From NCBI RefSeq assembly GCF_964355755.1, contig NC_092673.1, positions 8,928,001 to 8,992,000 of the forward strand: a DNA stretch of 64,000 nucleotides, written 5' to 3'. Below the pieces are notes generated by a model, which worked only from the letters and a program-made list of their open reading frames with translations, did not search any database and had not been told where the DNA came from. Positions 1 through 10,900 of this stretch are shown here, in pieces. The DNA is from Antedon mediterranea. Lineage: Eukaryota; Animalia; Echinodermata. Within the stretch, counting starts at the first letter, position 1. Each line of letters opens with the position of its first letter. The position numbers and the translations under genes are program-made.

Positions 1-116
1 TTAAAAGAGGTTTAATAGATAAGCATTATTTTTTATTTACTAATTTTTTATTCTATTCAACAATATTTTACGAGGGTGGTCCATCCAGTCTAAACATGTA
101 ATTGTAACAATATAAA

Positions 117-310
117 TCAAATTAAAATAACTTTCATTGATAAAGATAAAATAAAGCACAACATTTTTAAGAATAAAAAATAAATGAATCTCAGAAGAAA
201 AGATAGAAAAAAGGAAGCAACTATAACAAGAAGATGTTTCTTGAGCAAATATTTAAAGGAAGAGTAAGATGAAGCAAGTAAGATATCTAAAGGAAGAAAA
301 TTCACTTTCT
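117..310 (-). mobile_element. 3' remnant of a CR1/L2-type LINE ORF2
   Basis: NFLPLDILLASSYSSFKYLLKKHL resembles the LINE C-terminal motif WNxLPxxIxxxxSxxxFKxxLKxHL. Confidence 0.55.
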
Positions 311-487
311 TACGACTGGTAATTTTAAGTAGTTGGTAATATTAATAAAATATGCAATTTTTATATTTGAATTATTATTTGCCTGCCATCTTCTGTCATT
401 AAAAATTGCGTTAATCTATAGAATATTAAATTATGCATTTGATGTATGTTGTTAGCGTGGCCGGTGTTCACCCATACAACAATCGTG

Positions 488-1011
488 TTTTTAATATATG
501 GCTAAGCAGTGGTTTCTTCATAAATCTCCTTAATTATCGAGGTGATTATATTTAAATTGTAGTGCCTGGTGATTGGCTAGTGGTTATGTCATCCACATCA
601 CATCCAATCACCGGGTCTAATTGAATGAAAACAGCAATCCCTGATCCGGGATTGGCTGGCTATGTATAGTTGCGATTCGTTACCTAGCGGTCGTTTTGAA
701 AAGTACACGCAGGGCAAACTTAATCACGAACAAACGAAGTACCTATTATTTTTAATATATGGCTAAGCAGTGGTTTCTTCATAAATCTCCTTAATTATCG
801 AGGTGATTATATTTAAATTGTAGTGCCTGGTGATTGGCTAGTGGTTATGTCATCCACATCACATCCAATCACCGGGTCTAATTGAATGAAAACAGCGATC
901 CCTGATCCGGGATTGGCTGGCTATGTATAGTTGCGATTCGTTACCTAGCGGTCGTTTTGAAAAGTACACGCAGGGCAAACTTAATCACGAACAAACGAAG
1001 TACCTATTATT
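488..1011. repeat. Near-perfect 261-bp tandem duplication with CCAAT boxes
   Basis: 488-748 and 749-1009 differ at one base that I could see (cagcaatc vs cagcgatc). Each unit has GATTGG twice and CCAATC once. Confidence 0.9.
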
Positions 1012-1198
1012 ATTCACACAAGAAGTAAGACAACGGTGAGTATATAGATCATGATTACACGTTGTATCTACTACACTTAAGATTAGCCTAGGCCTACCTA
1101 GGCAGTATCAATGTCGGCAAATCATATGGTTTACTAGTAATCCTAGAAGGCCTAGGCCTAGTATCCTTGCTGATTTTGTAATTTTACATGTATGTAGG

Positions 1199-1230
1199 CT
1201 GAGACAACAAATAAATAGTTATTGTCTCAG
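1199..1230. mobile_element. 32-bp palindromic insertion with 7-bp TSD (P/Galileo-type footprint)
   Basis: ATGTAGG|CTGAGACAA...TTGTCTCAG|ATGTAGG. Confidence 0.6.
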
Positions 1231-1858
1231 ATGTAGGGCTACTACAGGTCATAAAATGCTACTTTAATGTCATAAAAACATTAGCGTAGATCAATCGCGG
1301 CAGAAACCTATACTAGTTCTAATTATAGCATCTACAATTCTAAGCCAATAACAAAATAGTATTGTTTTTATCTGGTATATTGATGAAGTAGGCCTACACT
1401 AGGGTCTTCACAATAACATACAATGTAATTTAATAACTAGTGGCGTGAGGCAGAGGCCTGAAGCCACTTGTTTAGGAAACCTAAGTGGCCCTCCAAGTTT
1501 CAAAGATCGAGGCCTCGGACGTTTTTAACATTTTCACATTTTATGCCTGTTCCTCTGGGCACTGCTCATGGGCCCCAAGCTTCGGTTTAGCCAGTGAGCG
1601 CACATAGCTGTTACGCCTCTGATTATATACTGTTCAAATATGTATGAATACATACAGTGCAACAAAGAACGCGCGAAAGAAACGTAGTCAACAAGTTTAA
1701 AATGTCGTTTCTCATGTGCAGTAAACAATATATTAGGCACGCAACCGTTTCGTTGTTACCATGCGGTTAATTAAACTGTAACATTGTGGGCGGTCCGCGG
1801 TCTGTCGGCGAGAGTCAAGGAACCCTTGATCTCACGTCGATGCATATCCTTCTATTCT

Positions 1859-2520
1859 TTAATCCATGGTTGAATGTGTTAGTGTAATAGATGATGGTAT
1901 GATCATCATACATATCAACATTAATACATTGATCAAAAGAGGTAAGGCAGAAGGGAGGTCATTAATGTAGATAGAGAAGAGAAGGGGTCCTAGGGTAGAT
2001 CCTTGAGGAACACCGGTAGAGCAAAAAAGATAGAGTCTGACCAAAGAGGACTTGTTGGGAGCGACCAGTAAGATAAGAATGAAGCCAAGCGATACTTGAA
2101 GGAGAAAAGCCATAGTTAGTAATAGTAGGGTAGTTATCAAGTAAAATGTTGTGGTTAATTGTGTCGATAGCTTTCTTAAGATCGATGAAAAGCGTGCCAG
2201 TAAGTAAGTCAAATACCAGATTGAGAATTAGAAATCAAATTAGAAGAATCAAGGTAGGAGTAGATTTGAGAAGAAACAGATTTCTCAATGATTTTAGAAC
2301 AAAGAGGAAAAATGAAAATAGGATGATAGTTGATTGAAAACAGAGAAGTGCCAAGACTAAGATAAGAAGTACAATTATAAGGATCAATCACAGAAGAAAG
2401 GGTAACAGCATTAATTATTAGCAAAGAAGGAGTTAAAAGAGTTAGCAATGGTTTGAACATCAGAGATGTCAATGTCAATGAAAAAAAAAGAAAGCAGGAA
2501 GAGGGTTGGATTTTTTAGAA
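1859..2520 (-). mobile_element. Degenerate non-LTR retrotransposon reverse transcriptase fragment
   Basis: GVPQGSTLGPLLFSIYINDLP and NYHPIFIFPLCSKIIEK...LISNSQSG motifs, broken by frameshifts. Confidence 0.85.
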
Positions 2521-3147
2521 GGGACAAGTGTATAAAATATGTTTAAATTTCATTCAAGAAAAGCTAATTTGTGTGGGGCGAGATAAACATTTTGTTTTCG
2601 GTACTTTTTAGGAGCTAGATTATTTTTTTTTTTTTGTGCGGATATTTTTTATAAATTTAACAATTTAAAATTTTTTTAGTTTTTTACAGGTCTCGGAAGG
2701 ATGTGTGCCTTTCATAATGGCAATTTTTAAACATTGTTTATTTTTAATATTATTATTAGGAATAACACTATTTATATACATGTACTGTACTGAGTGTAAT
2801 AATATATTCTATAGAAATATACGTCAGTGTCATTTACAGTAATATACAACAAACTACGTAAGAGAAAAATTTATTTTAAAAACAATAATTTTTACAATGT
2901 ACTATTACAATAAAAATTTGATCCAGCCCGTAAAGCCAACGTATCCATTTTTATACTTACCACCTATTTTCCCCCGATTGCATACTGCAGATATTTCAAA
3001 TTTACATATTATTCAATCTAATTTTTATTTCTATTGAATTTATTTCCGTTAAAAAACTTGCACTTTAGTGTGTCACATCTTTGTGTCGTCTTTATTATTG
3101 TGGTATCGCTAAATTATTTCTGAGGTAAACCCAAACACATTCCACCA

Positions 3148-3984
3148 TGAGTTTTCTAGATCTAGTTAGAAAACTCAGATATCTGACTTTTCTAGATCTA
3201 GTTAGAAAACTCAGATATCAAGATCTGAGTTTTCTAGTTCCAAAATGGAACTAGAAAACACAGATCATCAAATGGATCGTTCCATTATTATTAGAGGGTA
3301 GCATATTTGAAATACTACACAGTATAATACGTTTTCTTACTAAATAATAATAATTATTTTAACTTGTAGTAGCAACCTACGACTTAAATCATAAAGAAAT
3401 ACTGTACAGTACACTTTACACCTTTTAAAATGTAGGCTTAGCATTTAGGTCTAGCCTAGCAAAGCAAACTCAATTCAAGGCTCAACGTGTGGGTGGAATC
3501 GCGATGTTTCGCGAAGAGTAGGCCTGGTCCTACTAGAGGTACTAGGTTAGAAGTGGTCAACTCGTACCCAAAATAACTCATACCTATTCTTAACTTGGCT
3601 AACTCGTACCCCAACCAACTCGTACATACATTTTTAAGCCTACATTTTAACGGTAACATGCACTGTATTTTCTTTATGATTTAAGCTGTAGGCCGCTTCT
3701 ACATCTTACAATATTAGTAAGAAAACGTACACAGTAATCAGTTTTAATAATACTCTAGTAGGCCTACTTCAAATGACCTACCTTCTGATTAATAATGGCA
3801 AATGACCTACCAACCAATCATAATGATGATCTGAGTTTTCTAGTTCCATTTTGGAACTAGAAAACCCAGATATTGATATCTGAGTTTTCTAGATCTAGAA
3901 AAGTCAGATCTGAGTTTTCTAGATCTAGAAAACTCAGATATATCTGAGATCTGAGTTTTCTAGATCTGAGTTTTCTAGACACCC
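3148..3984. mobile_element. Foldback/MITE with roughly 300-bp imperfect inverted arms built from palindromic subrepeats
   Basis: 3148-3440 is the reverse complement of about 3635-3980. Subrepeats CTGAGTTTTCTAG/CTAGAAAACTCAG; right terminus ...TCTAGACACCC. Confidence 0.75.
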
Positions 3985-4039
3985 TTGTAAAAATCATAGC
4001 CTAGGCTAGTTTGGGACCCAGAAAGGATTTACCTGCACC

Positions 4040-4460
4040 CTCTAGCAAACTATTTGAACAATGTTTTTTTGCTTCCTTGTATTTGTCGTATTCGATTTAG
4101 ACTTTCACCGTTGAGTACTTCTTTAACGGAGTATTTCTTTAACGGAGTATTTTAAGCATTGAGATTGTTCTTAACAAAAAAGCTTTCGTTGTCAACATTT
4201 TCTATTCGAATGACTTTCTGTTGAGCACAAATTTACAATTCGAATACAAAAAGTACTCAACGAATCTTTACGTTGACAACGAAAGTTCCCAATCGAATAC
4301 AACAATTGATACAATCAATTTTTTGCTGTTGGCAAAAATTGGGATGCTTGGTCAATACAGGGGCCAAAAGGTCAATATGGTAAAAGTTAAAGACTGTTTA
4401 GCTTGGTAACTACTACTGGGTGTATTGGAATATTTTTTGTGACTCAGAAGACCCATATTC
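4040..4460 (+). repeat. Dispersed repeat, copy 1 of 3 (others at about 9375-9540 and 36245-36450)
   Basis: Shared blocks ctagcaaacta..., aattgggatgcttggtca and gtcaatatggt(a/c)aaagttaa..., gtgtattggaatattt. Confidence 0.8.
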
Positions 4461-4965
4461 TTGCCGCGGAAGCCTGTTGAAGGCGGCATTTCGCGAGTTT
4501 ATGTAATTGGAGATAAACATTTATATTTAAATAATACCGATCTCAATTGTATTATTATAATATCTATATTCAGACGAAGTTAAATTAACTGAAATCAAAA
4601 TGAAACGGCAATGAAAATGGCAAAAATGTATCTAGTGCACCCCATACAAATTAGTGCGACCAAAATAAAGTGTGATAGATATCCAACGTAACCGATATGA
4701 TGAAAAGCATATCTAGTGGCGCTCCATACAAAATACCGAATGTTGATTTTATTGCGACTAAAATTAGTCTCAAACTAAATTAAAACAAATTCCAGGTGCA
4801 TGAAGTTATTTCATCCATTTCAGTGAATTTTTATGAAATTTCTATGCTCGTTCCACAGAGAAATCTCGGTATCTCTTTTTAGCATTAAAATTTGTATTGA
4901 AATTAAATAGTAAACGTCTTTAATTCATAAAACCACCTACAGTAGTATAATAAATTATTTTTCAG

Positions 4966-7900
4966 AGTTCTGATGTAGATTTGGAAATATTTGTACCTAA
5001 AGTTCAGAGTATTCATGCAGACCTGGCAAATGCTTTATTTAAAAGGTAATTGCACAGTACACCCATTCAGGATAGTTTTTAGGAAGGGAGAGGGAGGGGT
5101 GTTTATTTGTGGAGGTGTTTATTTAGTGGGGAGGGAGAAGGGCACATTTATTTTTTGGGTTTAACATGGTATTGGTAACATGTGTAATCAAATAAATATC
5201 CCATATATATATTTTCTTCATTTAGTTGGGAGAAATTGGTAATTGAAGGTGTTTCATCAATGGCAGATGTGTTTGTATCTGCTGGTAAACTACTTGAAGC
5301 CTCAGAAACTGAGCCAATTGTACATCGCAACTGTATCATTGGTAAGTATTTCAACTATAGCATTATCAGTCAAATGTTTAATGTTTTGAAAAATGCTTAG
5401 AAATTAAGATGTAGGATTTTTGCCATGGCTTGATATATTTTTTTTCTTTTTACACGAAAAAAATTATATTTTTAACTAAATAAATATTTATCAATAGATA
5501 TCACATGATAATTGGTTGATCATCAACTTTTTTTTTCTGTATTATTCTTCTTTCCACCCTATTTTTGTGCGTCGCGTTTCTCTAAAACGTGTAAACATAA
5601 CATTCCGTAATGTCTTTGTCAACATATCGACATTTATGTGAAGTTGTGCACCTCCTATTTTTAAAACGTCAGAGTTGCACAACGTGACTTGTGCGCGATT
5701 TATGAATTTAAATGATTGATCATAGACTGAAAATCCAAAGTCATTTTGTATTGACACTTTAATTCATATCAAGAGTCAACTTTCTGGTCAAATGGAATGT
5801 TTAACACAAACACGCATATTTAAAATGTTTAAATGCGCAAAATTAATTTCTGATCAATTTTCTATAAGTTTCAGGATATTTTAAGCATTTAAAAAATTTT
5901 TTTTTTTTTTGGCGTGGTATTTTTTGCATGGTTGCTCATTTGTAAACAAGATTGAATTTACATAACTATCCTCCAATCAAATGACAAGAATCTTCTCAGA
6001 TGTGTTATGAAATATAGTAATGTACGGTATCCACTCTACCAATTGCAGGGCTCTTCATAAGACGAATGATTTTAGCTTTTGATCAATTGTCCTTTGACAC
6101 TGTGTGTAAACTATATAAAAACCTCAAGAAATACTGTATAAAAGGCAAACAGCTATTTATTGCTGAGCGAACATTAGCCAAGAGTTTAAATAACATGGAT
6201 TTGGATGACAGCTGCCTGACCAAAGAAGACCTAGAAACTGCATGTGTCTCAAAAGAGTAAGATAATAGTTGAGTTACTTTTAATTTATTGCAGGATGGCC
6301 ATACTGATGGTAGAGAATATCATTTCATGAGTAAATAGATTAACCGCATATAATAGGAATATCAATTTTTAATTTGATAATTTAGCATAAATCCTATTAC
6401 TACCAATTAATACCAGTCAAAGTTTAATTCTAATTCTTTTTACATTCTTTTTTTATTACATTTATATCTAGCCATGATTTATCATTAAGTGGTATTTTCT
6501 CACATCGTCAAGCTGAGTTTTTTATGTCAGAGCAGGCTGCCCTCCTTCAGAATGAGGAATGCAAAGCAATGCCTCCAAATGAACTCCATGAACACATCAG
6601 TGATCTTTCAAAAAACAATCCTGAATTACCAGCCACTGTAAGTGCTTCAAAGTAAAAAGAAATCAAGAGAGCGTACAGGAGGCAAACAAATATTTAGCAT
6701 TGTAATATTTTCTGCATCTACCTAAATTCCAAGTTAAGCTGAATAGGTTTTTGATACCAGAGCTCAGCTTCTGACATCAATTTTAATCTTTCTCCAATCA
6801 ATTTTACTTGCTTTTACATAAATAAAAAATATAATAAATTGTTATATGGTATTTGTGTGTACTGTGAACTTATTAGGCCCATCTGCTATGTAGAACTTAT
6901 TAAAATATGCATGTTGCATCTGATTGTGCATGATCTAGGGAGCTGGGTCTAGAAAACTTGCCAGCAATTTTGTGAATAACAACCATGTTCCACACCCATC
7001 ACAGGATTATCTCCAAAATTAATGTGAATAAAATGATGACACAATTGAGGTTGTCCTGTGAACAGATTATGATTGGAACACTTTAATACTAACACTATTA
7101 GCAATATGCCTAATTAAATAATGAAAACAATCTCATTTCATTTCAGAGATTCTTGTCATTTTTAAACTACTTGAGAGTGAATGAGTATTGTGCTGCAGTA
7201 CACAGTCTGTACAACTACTTTGATCGGATATCATCACCAAGCACTATGAGTGTCAGTAGTGAAGAGTTTAGCCAGAGTTATCGATATGCCGCTCTCAATT
7301 TAGCCAGCTTACACAGTAGATTTGGCCACAAGTAAGGCATCTACATCACTCACATGGTGTTCTTTCCCACCACTACATCAATCCCAATTTAATATAAGTA
7401 TTCATGTTCTTACAGGTAATGTTTTGTTAGATCATGTCTAATTCTCAGAATGAAGAAAATTTCAGCATAAACAAACCATGCACAAAATATGAGAAGTTAT
7501 AGAAATGATGGTGCATATAAGAGTTTGTAATTCTTATTCCCCTTTTCTCACCAAAAGCAAAACTCCAGAGTTGACACCCCTGTGTTTTTTGGTGTAAAGG
7601 TAAAATCAAACAACTCCTGAGTTCAAAACACCAGGGTTGAAGCTGAACATTCTCTGGAGGGCGAACTGCGGGGACACACCAGTGTTTTGGTGTTAAAGAT
7701 ATCAAACTCTGGAGTTGTTTGGGTCAAAAGGTTATCCTGGCATGATTATTCATTGATTTTAATAGAGAAAAACTTTAATGTGGATAAGCATAGTTGATTT
7801 GTTAAAAAAAAAGGGGGGTAATTAAAATAATTAGTAAAATTATTTGATTTCGATCGTCCATCTTCGCGATGTAAACAAACAGAATAGAGGGCGGTATTAC

Positions 7901-10900
7901 GATTTTATTTTAAAAACTCTTCTTGTGTTGCTATGTTGGTGTTAATGGGGTATCTCCAGAGTTTCTCGATGTCATGAATGATCACAACCCCTGGGTAGTT
8001 TTGGTATTACAGAACAGCATATTCCAAGATAGTTAGTTAACTCATAGAATCACTGTTCTCTATTATGAACATTTTTAAATTTAGTCAAAATTGCTTGAAC
8101 TGCCATGAATTTAATTTCTGTTGTGTTTTTTAGAGAAGAAGCTCTTTTAACATTAAAGGAAGCTATTAGAATGGCACAAGAGGCGAATGACTCTGTATGT
8201 TTACAGCATGCTTTGGTAAGTTCAATCAACAAATCTGACTTTATTTTGATAATTAATTAGGTAAATAAATAAACCCATGCCTAGCAACATCACTTTATTA
8301 CTTTTTCTAAAGAATCGCACTCCTCTCCCCCTTAAAAATTAATGATCAGGAAATCGAATCTATTCAAAGCTACAAATATGTAGGTGTGATTGTTGGTAAT
8401 AAATTTAGCCGGGTAGAACACTGTAAAATTACTATAAAAAAAGGAAATACTCATTATTTAATTATTAATTTTTTCTAAGAAGTAAAACATGTATTGTAAG
8501 TAAAAGGTCGGGGTAGGGCCTCCTATTTAATAAGATTGAGAAGATGGCCTTCCAGCCTACTTACTAACTATCCTAGACCTATATATGCAAAATAAATATT
8601 GTCGTCATGAATTTCAGTAAATACATTAAAAGTATAATGTAATAAATACTGGACACTAGCTTTGGTGAATAATATTTGCCCATGTTCAATCTGTCGTGCA
8701 AATAGAGAGTGTACGGTGGAATGTTTGTTTATGTAAATAAATCACTTACCAACTCCATTTTCAAACAAGATGCGATTTTTATAGTTAACATTTGTTTTAA
8801 AACCTAAAATTTTGCAAAATTACGGAGTTAATAAATATGAACTGTCATCGATTTGGACGTTCTTGATTACTGTCAAAATTGTAAAAATGAAACTTCGGAA
8901 AGGTAAGCGTGTGTAGTGAGGTGAAATAAATACAGGTTTCTTTTAAAATTAATTCATGCTCGCTACTTAGGCTTACTCCGCAAGAGAACTATATGGACAA
9001 GGCCTATTAGATACTACTCTCTCTTATCTTAGGCCTGCTGGCTAGCTACTACTACTAAAGGCCTACACTTCAAAAACAAATCAACAATCCTTTCTCATGT
9101 GTGCACCAAACATGTGTGTTTGGCCTTTCACGCATCAGTGCACCTCATCAGCATACTAATATCACGATGTTAAATTCTATGTGAAAGCTCTTCCTGTTAA
9201 TGTGATTTTCAATATCACGTTACGAAAGCACGATAAAATCTTATGTGAACGTGCCTAATATTATCCACATAGCTAATTCCTTTTGCATTGTAACTGTTAC
9301 ACATTGGGATGCACAAAAATATCATTGACGCAGTAACTTTATCCTGTAAGTTTCCCCAGACCGTATAGCACCTTCTAGCAAACTATGTTAATGTTTTTTT
9401 GCTTCCTTATATCAATACAAATACATTTTTTGCTGTTGGCCGAAAAACAATTGGGATGCTTGGTCAGTACAGGGGTCAATATGGTCAAAGTTAAGACTTT
9501 GCGTAACTTGGTAACTACTGTGTGTATTGGAATATTTACAGCATCATTAGCCGGAATTAGCATGATAAACAAGATGACTTTCTGCAGGTTCATATAGAAT
9601 ATCATGATAAAGAAACTCACAATAATTTCTGCTTGTTAACCTAACATGATTACCATCGTTTTTTAGTTGGTCAATTGAGGCTCGGACAACAATCAGCCCA
9701 TCAAACCTTTTGTGGCTTTTAAAATTAAAAAAATTATTTTTCATTTGCATTTGTTTAGGGTTGGTTATATAGATTAGAAGGAACTGATGGTCCTAACTCA
9801 ACATTGTTGCTGGAAAGAGCTGTCACCAAATCTGAAGAACTTAACTTACCAGTAGGGTTTTTTTTTTCTTACTGTTAATTTTGATTCTTTCTGAAAATTT
9901 CAGTAATAACAATTGACAAAGTAACAACAGCTATCTTGCTTAAATAAAAAATAGCTGTTTGTGACTCTTTGAACCTTATAGTTTTGATAAAAACTGTGAA
10001 CTGTAGACAATGAAATATAAAAATTTGTTGTGGATTTTGACTATACCCTTCCCTTCAAAATTAAACTACAACTCATGGATCATTTTGAAAGTTTGGCATT
10101 AAAATAAAAAAACTGTAGGCTATTCACAAACAAACCTACAGACAAACATACAGGGGCAAAAACAAAACCTCCTAGCCAGAGGTAATAGTTATAGAAATGG
10201 CTATGTTATCTTTCACACATTTTCAGTTTGAAATAAGATTTTGGAAACATTATTTTTACAGTATCTAACCTCACTTGGAGTCATCAATTTTGCTCAACAT
10301 AAAGCACTACATAAATTGCCACCAGCAAAGTAAGTAATGCATGAGTAATCCTTATATACTGTTATTACTTTGTTCCCTTTGCAAATCATTAACTGATTGA
10401 CTTTTTATTCAACAGAGTAATGGAATATCTTTCAAGAAGCAATGCCATTAACTGCCATCACAATCAGCCTCAACTTATGTCAGTCAGCCTAGCCCAGCAA
10501 GCTTCACTTTGGTCCCTATATGGGTATAGGTAAGAAACGTGCCATGGTGGAAAGTTGATAAGTTGTTTTTTTTTGTCATATACAAATATAGAGAATACTA
10601 ATAACGTAGCACACATTTAGAAATATACCGTATATTTCGGTGTATAAGTCGCACTTTTGACACGCAAATTTGACCTCTAAATTAAGGGTGCGTCTTATAC
10701 ACCGAACATATGCCTCGCCACACAGATTGTACATATCGTCACCTTGTTGGCTAGGCCTGAGTAGGCTAGGCCTAGCCTAGCTACAGTTTACTAACGTAAC
10801 AGCAACCTGCTTCTGCCTAGTTTTCAAGGCATTTTAGCGTGATATTATACTAAATATGATGAAAAGATTTGTTCATTATAGAGCTGTTTTAGGCGCTCCG

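Noticed and set aside
4796-4868. Candidate missing ANAPC5 N-terminal exon
   Set aside because: AG and GT are present but the peptide (VHEVISSISVNFYEISML) does not resemble the APC5 N-terminus.
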